Assembly (NCBI GenBank): GCA_963827165.1
Contig: CAWGZR010000004.1
Coordinates: 32,001-96,000 of the forward strand
DNA: 64,000 nucleotides
Origin: Candidatus Bathyarchaeota archaeon
Lineage (GTDB): Archaea; Thermoproteota; Bathyarchaeia; Bathyarchaeales; Bathycorpusculaceae
Direction of reading: 5' to 3'
Positions 1 through 10,033 of the stretch are shown here, in pieces. The translations under genes were made by a program, and so were the position numbers. Position 1 is the first letter of the stretch; every line of letters starts with the position of its first letter. Below the pieces are notes generated by a model. It searched no databases. It was not told the DNA's origin and worked only from the letters and a program-made list of their open reading frames with translations.

Positions 1-445
1 GTCCTTTAGATTTTTCAAACAGCTTGTTGTCGGCCGTGATCAGTTGAGCGTCCATTTTGTTGCTGAGAAAAAGGTATGCGGCATCATAAACGGCAATTTC
101 AATTTTGCAGGCTATCGCTAAAACCTGAGACGCTTCGGTCCAGGACAATTCGTGGAGATTCAACTCTGCGTTCTGCAAAAAATCTAGGGCGTCTTGAGCA
201 TCCGTTTGTTGAATTCTCTTTTGTTTCGCGGCCAGCCATAAGGCATTTGCGGTTTCTTGTACTATAAATGAGGGAGCAAAGACTTGAATTGTCCCAGTTT
301 GAAAGGTTGCTTTTAGTCTATTCGAATTTTCTTGGTATGTTTCGTCCGGCAGAATCCACTTCAATACCACGCTAGCGTCTAAGACATATTTGAGCGTGTG
401 CTTGTCACGTCCTTCCTTCTCGAATCCAAGACAAAATTTCCTCAT
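1..445 (-). CDS. vapC: VapC/PIN-domain toxin, runs off window edge (absent from ORF track)
   Basis: Manual translation KYVLDASVVLKW...QETANAL...AVYDAAYLFLS...LITADNKL is open to base 1; start uncertain (ATG 445 overlaps the antitoxin). Confidence 0.85.
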   Translation of the reverse strand, partial: MRKFCLGFEKEGRDKHTLKYVLDASVVLKWILPDETYQENSNRLKATFQTGTIQVFAPSFIVQETANALWLAAKQKRIQQTDAQDALDFLQNAELNLHELSWTEASQVLAIACKIEIAVYDAAYLFLSNKMDAQLITADNKLFEKSKG

Positions 446-659
446 TAGTTACCGGTTTTGACCTTTTTCTTATCTCATCGAGTTTGTCGAAGGCTTCTCT
501 CTTTTTTTGTTCGTTTATTTTATTTTGCAAGCATTCTCGGATATATTGGCTCCAGTTAACATCAATTTTCTGCATATCATTCTTTAAGGCTTTAGGGACT
601 CTCACGGTTATTACCACAACTTGTTCTTGATCGGCTAAGGCCATGACTTCATCTCCCAA
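405..659 (-). CDS. VapB-type antitoxin (RHH/CcdA-like)
   Basis: VITVRVPKALK...VNWSQYIRECL, directly upstream of the PIN gene. Confidence 0.8.
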   Translation of the reverse strand: MGDEVMALADQEQVVVITVRVPKALKNDMQKIDVNWSQYIRECLQNKINEQKKREAFDKLDEIRKRSKPVTNEEILSWIREGRT

Positions 660-1157
660 TTACCGTTATCGTATATAGCATTAATATATATTAATAAGCA
701 TTATGTGCTGTATATCAAGCTGAGCAATTGAAGAGAAATCAACGCATCGATAGGTTAAGACGTTGTTATTGCGTCGATTCTCGCTGTGTTTCCGGTAAAG
801 CGCCTCGTCACGTTTAGGTGCTCGTCACCTCTTTACTTTCAGAGAATAATTACGGCACAAAGACACACTCACTGCATCGCAAACAGCCTCTGCAAGGGCG
901 CAACCGAGGCGGTCAGCACAATCATGCTATAATGTGCTCAGGAGAGTTTTTCCTATAAATTCAATCTGTTCAGACGTGACCTATGGTAAATTGACAGAGA
1001 AAACCTGCCTGGATAGCTTGGAGCTCCAAAGTTCTTTATGACATTGAGGCAGCAGCATGAAAGATTGGGGCTGTTTTTGATAGTTTTAACCAAAACTGAT
1101 AAGTGGTTAGTTTTTGTTTTTTGTTATCTAAATTTACTTTAGCGTTAGGATGGTTTG

Positions 1158-2741
1158 ATGAGTAAAGCTGCGGATATGGCTAAGGCTTCTGTGAGGGGCG
1201 GTTTTCATGTTTTGTGGGGGCTGTTAGTTTCCACAATCATTTCAGCAGTCGGCGCAATCATCCTCGCTTTGGTGTTGGGCGAAAACAATTATGGCCTATA
1301 CGCTGTGGTTTTAGCGGCGCCAACGCTTATTGGGTTATTTCAGGATTTGGGAGTAAATTACGCGGTTACTCGTTATTCGGCACGGCTCAATGCCGAAAAC
1401 AAGGCTGCGCAAATAAGAAGCATCTTTCTGTCTGGGTTTATCTTCAAAACGTTGTTAGGCTTGGCGCTCTCACTTTTTTGTCTTTTGCTTTCGCCATATT
1501 TGGCGACAGCTGTTTTTCATCGCCCCCTTATTACGCCGCTAATTCAAGCGGTTTCATTCATTATTTTGGCGCAAGCCCTTGTGAACACTGCAACTGCCGC
1601 ATTCACTGGCGTCGAGAAAATGCACCTCAACAGCATTATGGTTGTAAGCCAATCAATCATCAAAACTATACTTGCGCCTGCACTGGTTTTGGTTGGTTTA
1701 AGCCTGTACGGAGCTGTCATGGGTTACACAATTGCCTACCTAATCACTGCAGTAATAGGACTCTTGCTTGCGTGGACAATCTACAAGAGTCTGCCGGGTT
1801 TAGTCTCGAATAAAATGGATCTCTTAAACGACATGAAAGTACTTCTTAGATTCGGATTACCTTTATCTTTTGGCGATATTATTGGGAGTTTTCTTACTCA
1901 ATTTTACACTTTTGTATTGGCTATTTATGTTGCTAACAACACTCTTATTGGAAATTACAATTTAGCCTCGAATTTTCTCGTGTTGATAACGTTTGTTTCC
2001 CAGCCGATTAATACTATGTTATTTCCAGCGTTCTCAAAACTTGACGCTGAAACTGAGCAAACAACGCTTAAAAACGTCTACCAATCCTCAGTAAAATATT
2101 CAACTCTTCTGGTTATGCCAGTCATAGCAATTATGATCGCGCTTGCAGGACCTGGCGTTTCAACAATATTTGGTCACCGCTATTCTCAAGCACCATTTTA
2201 CCTATCAATACTCGCCATCAACTACGTGTTCTTAGCCTTTGGCATATACAGCACAGGCAATTTAATCAACAGTCAAAACCAAGCCTCTATCAAAATAGTA
2301 CTTGTTTTAGTTACAGTAGTCATGGGCGTACCGTTGGGTTTAATCATGATTTCAAGATACGGCGTACTAGGTATGCTTATCACTCTAATCTTTGATGGTG
2401 TACCGAGCACCATTATTGGTTTGGTCTTCATAAAAAAGCATTACAACACGACCGTCGATTGGGTTGCGTCAGGAAAAATAATTCTATCCGCCTCCGTGGC
2501 AGCTCTCCTCGCCTACGTCGTCATTAAATTACCCCTTCCAAGCCTTATCCAGCTGATAATCGGCATAGTAATCTTCCTGCCGTCTTTCATAATGATGATA
2601 GTTCTAACAAGAACCCTCAGCAGAACTGACATAGTTAACTTACGGGAAATGACCAACAGTTTGGGACCATTGGGCAAACTAGTAAATACCTTGCTAATCT
2701 TGATAGAAAAGCTTATGACGATTACGCCGCGCTTTTCTTAG
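1158..2741 (+). CDS. Oligosaccharide flippase (Wzx/MOP superfamily) membrane protein
   Basis: Many TM segments; LGENNYGLY and FPAFSKLD motifs typical of polysaccharide flippases. Confidence 0.8.
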   Translation: MSKAADMAKASVRGGFHVLWGLLVSTIISAVGAIILALVLGENNYGLYAVVLAAPTLIGLFQDLGVNYAVTRYSARLNAENKAAQIRSIFLSGFIFKTLLGLALSLFCLLLSPYLATAVFHRPLITPLIQAVSFIILAQALVNTATAAFTGVEKMHLNSIMVVSQSIIKTILAPALVLVGLSLYGAVMGYTIAYLITAVIGLLLAWTIYKSLPGLVSNKMDLLNDMKVLLRFGLPLSFGDIIGSFLTQFYTFVLAIYVANNTLIGNYNLASNFLVLITFVSQPINTMLFPAFSKLDAETEQTTLKNVYQSSVKYSTLLVMPVIAIMIALAGPGVSTIFGHRYSQAPFYLSILAINYVFLAFGIYSTGNLINSQNQASIKIVLVLVTVVMGVPLGLIMISRYGVLGMLITLIFDGVPSTIIGLVFIKKHYNTTVDWVASGKIILSASVAALLAYVVIKLPLPSLIQLIIGIVIFLPSFIMMIVLTRTLSRTDIVNLREMTNSLGPLGKLVNTLLILIEKLMTITPRFS

Positions 2742-2919
2742 CGGTCGCTTGGGTAGTCTGGGACCCCTTTTTACTTTCGTTCTTCCTTTTTTATCTTCAA
2801 TTTCCGTAGGCCCACAAAAGTGAACCAGCATGAAAAATGCTAAGGCGTTAAACTATCTTATGATTCTTGTTTGAAATAGTCTCTTTAGAAAACATTTTTC
2901 GACACCGGTATTCCGTGAT

Positions 2920-3178
2920 TACTTTTTGATCTTTAAAGCTCTCAGATCTTGGACTGCGAAGACAGCAAGGAATACAAATAGATTAATATGGTTTAAGGGC
3001 GAGAACTATTAGCAAATTGCTGCACAAGAATCTATTCAATAAATGAACTTATAGAGGGTAAATGTTAAGCAAAAAATAACGCTGATGATAGTAATGCCAG
3101 CAAAGAAGGAGCGAAAAGAAGTTTCTTTTTTCAACACAGGAAAGACGTTTCAGATCCTCCCGAAGTATACGACTATTC
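2920..3178 (-). pseudogene. Decayed 3' half of a further paralog of the membrane metal-dependent hydrolase
   Basis: Broken frames give DLKRLSCVEKRNFFSLLL and NHINLFVFLAVFAVQDLRALKIKK, matching DLRRLLSVDKRNILMLL and GHLILVAFLVASTFQGLR of 8984..9634. Confidence 0.55.
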
Positions 3179-3655
3179 CTATACTATTAGAGCCAGCAAT
3201 GGTAAAAGCATCAGTATATTTCTTTTATCGACTGATAGAAGTCGCCGTAAATCTCCTGAGTACATAATGAGTCCTGCGGCTAGGACCAAGCCTGCTGTTT
3301 CAAGTGTAACATCGACAACAGAAGGCATACCAAAGCCAAAGCCCACAAGTTTGTAGCTGAACGGCCAGAAGATCATAACTTTTCCCATGATTAAGTCTCC
3401 GAAAGCAAAGTGCTGTACCACCGCCACGAAGTAGGGAATGGATTTTAAACGAAAAATAATGAAGAGTGGCACAAACAGGATGATCCAGAAGAGAAACGAA
3501 TGTGTAAAGGTGCGGTGCATGACTCCTATGCCTCCGAGAAGAAGATCTCCATCGGGCAAAATCCCAAGAAGCAGGATTAGGGGCACAATGAGCTTTCCTG
3601 TGCGTTTTACGCCGGGTATGAACGCCCAAGCTATCATAGCGAAAACATAGGCTCA
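3179..3655 (-). pseudogene. Truncated copy of membrane metal-dependent hydrolase (YdjM-like)
   Basis: Highly similar to 8984..9634 (LPD, HRTFTHS) but stops after LLALIV; the 5' end is also disrupted. Confidence 0.7.
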
Positions 3656-4030
3656 CATCATATGCCCAAGAAAATACAGTTAAAGCTCCTCCAACTTAGC
3701 GTCCGATCAGATGATAGCTGCAAAACAAGTAATCCTGCACCTTAAAAGCATATTGACACGCGGCCCCGTTAACCTCATAAGCCACATTTCAAAAAACTAC
3801 AAGGTGTCGCATCGACATGTTGCTTTAATCTCCGCTGAAAAATCTGTATTCAAAAGAATTTGATTTAAGCTTTGTCGGCGTGTTTAATGCTTTAAGCTGT
3901 TTTCGTCGAGTTTAGCACCATTTGGTTTTTAGGTTTTCTGCTTCTTTAAAATGGTCGTCGTCTGAAAAAAGGGAACATTCATAAATTTGGGCTGTTGCCG
4001 TAAAATGGCTGCAAGCTTTTTGTCGTCCTT

Positions 4031-6013
4031 TCAACGAGGATGACGTGTAGGTGTTGGAGTTGGCTTAGGAGTGGGTGTTGGTGTGGGTTTAGTTGTGGGA
4101 GTTGGTGTGGGTTTAGTTGTGGGAGTTGGTGTGGGTTTAGTTGTGGGAGTTGGCGTTGGGGTAAGTGTCGGACTTGGACTTGGAGTTGGTGAGGACGATG
4201 GCGTTGGCGTAGGGGTAATTGTCGGAGTCGGGATGGGTGTGGGTGTGTAGGTGGCGTATATGCTTGTGGTGGTTTGTTCGTATCCGGTTGGGGTTCCAAA
4301 AGTTGATGTATACTCGTTTGAGTAGGTGGTTGTTTTCCATGCGTGTGTGTTTGCGGTTGTGGAGCTCATTGTTCCTGTTGCTGATGAGCTGCTTGAGATT
4401 ATGCATAGCCAGTAGTATCCTGTGGTGAGGGTGCTTTGTGGGAGGGTGAATGTGTTCCATCCTGTTGTGGTGACTGTTTGGCTGCTGCTTTGGGCTATTA
4501 GGGTGTTTGGTGCGCCGTTGTTGTCTGTGTATATTGCTGCTTTGGCGCTAAAGCCTGTTGTGGTGAAGTAGGTTGATATGCTTTGAACTTGGCCGCTTTG
4601 GGTTAGTTGGAATCTGCTTGCATCCTTATCCGTACCAAAATAGTTGGTTAGCGACCCAACAGCTGTATCCCCAAAAGTACTTGATGTTGGAGTAGGCGTA
4701 GACGTAGGCTTAGACGTAGGCGTAGACGTAGGTACTGGAGTAGGTGTTGGTGTTGGGGATGGTGTTGGAATGGCTGTTGGGGTATAAGTGGCGTATATGC
4801 TTGTGGCGGTTTCCTCATATCCAGCGGGGGTTCCGAATGTTGACGTATATTCATTTGCGTAGGTGGTTGTTTCCCAGGCGTGTGTGTTTGACGATGTAGG
4901 TGTCATGGTGCCTGTCGACGAAGCGCTTGAGACTGCGCATAGCCAATAGTACCCAGCAGTGAGTGCAGTTTGTGGGAGAGCGAATGTATTCCAGCCGGTT
5001 GAAGAAACTGATTGGCTACCGCTTTGAGCGACTAGAGTGGATGGCGCACCATTGTTATCTGTATAGATTGCTGCTTTGGCGCTAAAGCCTGTGCTGGTGA
5101 AGTAGGTTGTAATGTTTTGCAGTTGGCCGTTTTGGGTTAGTTGGAATCTGCTTGCGTCTTTATCGGTGCCAAAATAGTTGGTTTCTGATCCAACTGCTGT
5201 ATTCCCAAAAGTAGCTGATGTCGGAGAAGGCGTTGGAGGATAGGTTGAGCCGAGATTTAATGCTTGATTGGTAGTTAAAACTCGAACTCCGCTGTTGGCG
5301 ATATAACTGAGTAAAGTGCTGAAGTCAGTTGTGTCTATTCCATACGGCAAATATGAAGCAACGTTCGCTGCAGGGACAACGTGGTGGAAAAAGATGATTA
5401 CCCAACTGTTTGTTGCTATGGCCTGATCTACTGCTGCTTCATCTTGCGATAAAGCTGTAGTGACACTTGCTGCTTCGCCTGCAAATCCCATGGGGATATC
5501 TGTTGAGGGCGATATTGGGTTTAGCCAGTTTGATTGATATGAGTATCGTGCTGACCTGTAATATTGAAGAACGATGCTGTCGGTAGTGCTGTTTGCATCT
5601 CCGTATGGGTAAGCAAAGTTTTTACCGGAAAGACCATTGGATTGAAGAAACTGTTGAGATTCACTACATTCCGCGTTAGTCTGAGCGGCAGTCAAATCTA
5701 GAAAGTCTGGGTGGTCAACGCTATGACTGCCTATTTCATTGCCGCTAGCCTGCAGGGTTTGAAGCTCTGGAACTGTCATGTACCCACTTGTTCCTAGAAA
5801 GCCAGTAATGACGTAGAACGTTCCATTCATTCCGTATTGTTGCAGTAGTGGATAAGCATTATCGAATTGGTCTTGGTTGCCGTCGTCAAAAGCGATCGTA
5901 ACAACTCCTGATGTTTGTTGCGCTTTTGTCAGTTTCACGGGTGAAAATATTAAAGTGCTTAGCATTATTAGAATAATAACTGTTATATACAATATTTTGA
6001 ATGATTTCTTCAT
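4031..6013 (-). CDS. Secreted polysaccharide deacetylase (CE4/NodB) with two tandem ~150-aa domains and PT linkers
   Basis: Signal peptide, [22 protein letters not shown]; duplicated [27 protein letters not shown] domain. Confidence 0.85.
   Translation of the reverse strand: MKKSFKILYITVIILIMLSTLIFSPVKLTKAQQTSGVVTIAFDDGNQDQFDNAYPLLQQYGMNGTFYVITGFLGTSGYMTVPELQTLQASGNEIGSHSVDHPDFLDLTAAQTNAECSESQQFLQSNGLSGKNFAYPYGDANSTTDSIVLQYYRSARYSYQSNWLNPISPSTDIPMGFAGEAASVTTALSQDEAAVDQAIATNSWVIIFFHHVVPAANVASYLPYGIDTTDFSTLLSYIANSGVRVLTTNQALNLGSTYPPTPSPTSATFGNTAVGSETNYFGTDKDASRFQLTQNGQLQNITTYFTSTGFSAKAAIYTDNNGAPSTLVAQSGSQSVSSTGWNTFALPQTALTAGYYWLCAVSSASSTGTMTPTSSNTHAWETTTYANEYTSTFGTPAGYEETATSIYATYTPTAIPTPSPTPTPTPVPTSTPTSKPTSTPTPTSSTFGDTAVGSLTNYFGTDKDASRFQLTQSGQVQSISTYFTTTGFSAKAAIYTDNNGAPNTLIAQSSSQTVTTTGWNTFTLPQSTLTTGYYWLCIISSSSSATGTMSSTTANTHAWKTTTYSNEYTSTFGTPTGYEQTTTSIYATYTPTPIPTPTITPTPTPSSSPTPSPSPTLTPTPTPTTKPTPTPTTKPTPTPTTKPTPTPTPKPTPTPTRHPR
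4056..4165. repeat. Coding 24-bp tandem repeat (PTPTTKPT)n
   Basis: gttgtgggagttggtgtgggttta repeated about three times. Confidence 0.8.
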
Positions 6014-6486
6014 TTTTTTCACCCTGCGAATAAAATTAATCAAATAACCAGTGTTTGAAACTATTATTTAAGGCATATTTCGACCGCAGGAATATGTTGA
6101 AAAAGTTTCTCCCTTAGTCTTGGCCTATAAAATAAAAGGCAATGCTTTTCAAAAATGTTTCTGTGAAATCTTTTCTTGGACCGTGTCTACGAAGATCTAC
6201 AGTTAAAACGAATGCTCCTTCAGAGGACCATTTAAATCCTTAATTTATTTGACTTGCTAATTTCCTTTAATGTAAATTTTAGGAAATAGAAGCAATCTGC
6301 CAATAGCTCTCGCCATAGGCCACATTATTCTATTTACATTCATTGCAATCTCCGCATTCCAAGGACTACGAGCCTTTCGACCCAAAACAAATAAAACCAC
6401 ACGAAAAAATAGATCTGAGCGCCAGTGATAACGACCTAAAGATTACTGAAAGCTTATTTGTAAATCCTAACACATTGTTACCCTGA

Positions 6487-6636
6487 GGCAAGCTTTCACA
6501 CGCCGAAGAAGTAGGCGACATGATACTGCACGTTGACGACGAAGGCGAACCGCTTTTCCTAGAGATTCTTAAAGCCAGCAAAATAGTTCCACTGATGGTT
6601 GAAGGCTTAGCAAAAAAAGAAGTAACCGTTGCTTAG
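6487..6636 (+). pseudogene. 3' remnant of a DUF2283-like small protein
   Basis: GKLSHAEEVGDMILHVDDEGEPLFLEILKASK...*; N-terminus missing. Confidence 0.5.
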
Positions 6637-6763
6637 GATTGAGGCTAAAGGGTAGCGGCGCCGGCGTAAATTGAGTTAACTTTATCCTACATCGATAATG
6701 CGCCGTTATTCACGCACTATCATAGAAAGTCGGCATTCACAAATCTAAGATTTAATTTAACTG

Positions 6764-7573
6764 TTAGAATTGAGCTTCTAGCATTATTCGTTTCAAAATT
6801 TCGGCCCCGTTTTTAAATCCTAGTTTCTTCTCGCCTAATCTTTCTCGGTATTTAATGGGTACTTCCGCGATGGCAAAACCTTCGCATGTCACATGATGAT
6901 TAAGCTCTACCTCAACATCAAAACCCTTAGACTTTACCTTCCAGTTTCTAAGTATTTCCGCACGCACCACACGCAAACCAGTCAAAGGATCAGCCAACTG
7001 GATTCCGTTAAAAAAGTTATGAGCAAAAGCAATAAGCCTATTCCCAAAATAAAAAACGCGATTCGACCCTGTCAAATCCGCATAACCACTTAACCTGCTA
7101 CCGCAAACCATGCCCACATCAGGATTCGCCTCCATTACCTGAATCATCTTTGGAACGTATTCGGCAGGATAAGTGTAGTCTGCGTCAGTAATAACAACAT
7201 AATCAACCGTTAAATCCAAATTCTCAATTGCCTTCGCTATTGCATCTCCTTTCCCCAAGCCATCTTGTAAAACGACGTGGGCGCCCATGTTCTTGGCTTC
7301 TTCAACCGTTCGATCTGTGCTTTTGCCGTCCACAACCAAAATCTTGGGACACTTAAGTGTATGGTTTAACTCGGAGATGGTGAGACCGATGCCTTTTTCC
7401 TCGTTCAAAGCAGCTATTACAACCTGAGTTGAAGGGGCACGCCGCAAAACTTTTTTCTGTACTTGCCGTGGCGTTATAGTTTCGTTCTCCACTACTGCAC
7501 CTATTATCGACTGTGTCGAAGAAGCGTACTGCAAATCTCCTTTTACAAAATTTCGATTTAAACTCTTATTCAT
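6764..7573 (-). CDS. Glycosyltransferase family 2 (DPM1-like)
   Basis: VVIAALNEE, VVDGKSTDRT, GKGDA, TDADYTY, FDVEVE. Confidence 0.9.
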   Translation of the reverse strand: MNKSLNRNFVKGDLQYASSTQSIIGAVVENETITPRQVQKKVLRRAPSTQVVIAALNEEKGIGLTISELNHTLKCPKILVVDGKSTDRTVEEAKNMGAHVVLQDGLGKGDAIAKAIENLDLTVDYVVITDADYTYPAEYVPKMIQVMEANPDVGMVCGSRLSGYADLTGSNRVFYFGNRLIAFAHNFFNGIQLADPLTGLRVVRAEILRNWKVKSKGFDVEVELNHHVTCEGFAIAEVPIKYRERLGEKKLGFKNGAEILKRIMLEAQF

Positions 7574-8050
7574 AGCAACACCACAAAAACGAAAAAAATT
7601 TTACGTTTTCAACATAGTCCCAAGTTAGCATTAACTTCTCAAATAAAAATGTTATTTTGTGTTCACGATCACAGCTCAAAGTCCACATCGCCCAATCACA
7701 ACCAAAATATCCTTCTTATCTAAAAACATCATTAAAGCTCTCAACATTCTCTCTCCAGCGCCTTTTTCATCTTTAAACATATTAAACAACAAAAGCCATA
7801 TAGGCGATGCTACAAAAACCGCAATATATCTAAAAAACACAGTTAAACTTCTATATTCAAGCAGCACGGTCAGATCAAATATCTTAGCCGTTTAGCGAGA
7901 AGTTTAGCCCACGCATAAGCCGAAGCGGGGGAAACCAGGTCTGCATCTAACCTGTGAACTGCCCCACCATGATAGAGTGATTCATACGTGCAAGAATCGG
8001 GTCGGTCACAATCCTTACAAGTTTTATAATTTATAACGTTCTTAAGGATC

Positions 8051-8581
8051 CTAAAATTCCTCGTTTAGAGAGGTTATTCTGCTTTCAATTAATGGGTTGA
8101 TGGCTTCTCGACGTTTTAGTATATCTTCATCTAAAGTGACAAAGCAATCTATTTTTTGGCCGTAAAGCCGCCCTGAGATGGCAGCGGATGCTAAATGAAT
8201 TGCGTCCAGAGTTTTAACTCCAGTTTTTGAACCTATTTCCAAAGCCAAAGCAAATATAGCAGGAATCTCCACACGATCTTCATCAGTGCTCTTCAAGGAG
8301 ATTTCGCCGCCAATAGGAATAAACCTTAACTTTCTAATTTTCAAAAATCTTCGAAGGAATGCCCCAGCAACTGCCTCTCTTCCCAATGCTTCTGCCGTGT
8401 TGTTAAACTTTTCATAAGCTCTGCTTGTGGTGCAAACAACCTCGACCAAACTTAACACAGAAGTCACTGCTGACAACTTTCCCGTTTCTATTTTGCTCAG
8501 AAGCCTTTTCGCTTGTTCATGGTGAATTTCTTCCGGGGCATACCTGGCAAGTAGAACATTAGTGTCTAGGTAAACTATCAT
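8051..8581 (-). CDS. vapC: VapC/PIN toxin
   Basis: VYLDTNV, SLVEV, TLDAIHLASA, FVTLD. Confidence 0.85.
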   Translation of the reverse strand: MIVYLDTNVLLARYAPEEIHHEQAKRLLSKIETGKLSAVTSVLSLVEVVCTTSRAYEKFNNTAEALGREAVAGAFLRRFLKIRKLRFIPIGGEISLKSTDEDRVEIPAIFALALEIGSKTGVKTLDAIHLASAAISGRLYGQKIDCFVTLDEDILKRREAINPLIESRITSLNEEF

Positions 8582-8853
8582 TATTGGCGCCCTTGTGCAA
8601 CGAGCTCTGCTACTTTTGCACCGTTGAAGACTTTCGCACCTAGCTGCTCCAATTCATCGTCTGATAATTCTGGAGCATTCTCAATTAAGTCTTGAACCTT
8701 GTCGCCGAGGAAAAGTTCAGGATGCTCTTTTAGGTATTCTTCGGCGATTTTTCTGAGAGCTTGACTTCTGCTTTTGAAATAGCCCCTTGAAACTGCTTTG
8801 TCAACCTTTTTGATTACCACTTCTGGAAACCGAGATGTTATAACCTCTTCCAT
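8581..8853 (-). CDS. RHH/CopG antitoxin (probable start MEEVITSRFP)
   Basis: KVDKAVSRGYFKSRSQALR; overlaps the vapC start. Confidence 0.8.
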   Translation of the reverse strand: MEEVITSRFPEVVIKKVDKAVSRGYFKSRSQALRKIAEEYLKEHPELFLGDKVQDLIENAPELSDDELEQLGAKVFNGAKVAELVAQGRQ

Positions 8854-8866
8854 GTGATTAACCCTA

Positions 8867-8880
8867 AAATGTATACATTT
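8867..8880. promoter_or_regulatory. Palindromic operator upstream of the RHH-vapC operon
   Basis: Perfect 14-bp palindrome AAATGTATACATTT 14 bp before the ATG. Confidence 0.5.
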
Positions 8881-8983
8881 CGAATACATATATATCTTAT
8901 CCAGAAACTCGTAATCTTTAATCCACATCGTGTACGCGTCCAAATATTCGCGCCATCGACCTATTTTCTGTAATAGTTTGATA

Positions 8984-9634
8984 CTAATTCGGCGATTTTT
9001 CTCTCGTTTTTGGGGGTCTTAATCCTTGAAAAGTCGACGCCACCAAGAAGGCAACCAAGATTAAGTGCCCTATCGCTAAGATAATTAGCAAATTGCTCGA
9101 CGAAACATAGTCAAATAGCGAAGTCACGCCGCCTAGGTGAAAATCGAAGTACAAAGCTGATACTATTAGAGCCAGCAATGGTAGAAGCATCAGGATATTT
9201 CTTTTGTCAACTGATAGAAGTCGCCGTAAATCTCCTGAGTACATAATGATTCCTGCGGCTATCGCCAAACCTGCTATTTCAAGGGTTACATCGACAATTG
9301 AGCCCATGTTAAAGCCTAAGCCGACGAGTTTGCTGCTAAGGGGCCAGAAGACCATAACCTTTCCGATTATTAAGTCTCCGAAGGCGAAGTGCGATACAAC
9401 TGCTACAAAGTAGGGCAGGGATTTTAGGCGGAAAACAATGAAGAGTGGCACGAATATGATGAGCCAGAAGAAAAATGAGTGGGTGAAAGTGCGGTGCATG
9501 ACTCCTATGCCTCCGAGGAGAATATCTGAATCGGGCAAAATCCCAAGAAGCAGTATTAGAGGTACAATGAGCTTTCCACTGCGTTTTATGCCAGGTATGA
9601 AAGCCCACGCGATCATAGCAAAAACTAGGCCCAC
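8984..9634 (-). CDS. Membrane-bound metal-dependent hydrolase (YdjM-like)
   Basis: LPDSD, HRTFTHS, SHFAFGD and several TMs. Confidence 0.75.
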   Translation of the reverse strand: MGLVFAMIAWAFIPGIKRSGKLIVPLILLLGILPDSDILLGGIGVMHRTFTHSFFFWLIIFVPLFIVFRLKSLPYFVAVVSHFAFGDLIIGKVMVFWPLSSKLVGLGFNMGSIVDVTLEIAGLAIAAGIIMYSGDLRRLLSVDKRNILMLLPLLALIVSALYFDFHLGGVTSLFDYVSSSNLLIILAIGHLILVAFLVASTFQGLRPPKTREKSPN

Positions 9635-10033
9635 GCCATGTGTCCGAGAAAATACAGTTAAGGCTCCTCTCCAATTTAGCCTTTGATCAAGTGATATTTA
9701 CAAAAGCAAATAATCCTACGGTTTAAACAAGTTTGGAACCCCTGAGGAAATAAAAAAAGAACTTGACAAGCTCAGCATGAAAATGGATAAAGCAGCGTAC
9801 GATACGAGGTTTTTACAAAAAGAGTGATGGTTTAATCTTGGCCTGCAAGCGAGCCAAGCAAATACTGAATTGCTATGGTCTGTAAAAGGTTTTTTTGGTG
9901 TTGTCCTTACATTTGCTTTCTATTCCATAAAATCCTATTTCAGGAGAGAACAGTTAGATTTTAGATATTAAAAGGCGGGAGTATAAGTTAGGATTGTGGA
10001 TTCTTAAAGGTTAAATGAATATTCATTTGATAA

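Noticed and set aside
4056-4260. CRISPR-like periodicity
   Set aside because: Coding Pro/Thr linker with no unique spacers and no cas genes
7676-8010. 63-aa ORF and GC-richer stretch as possible ncRNA
   Set aside because: No recognisable motif or convincing structure; probably a gene remnant
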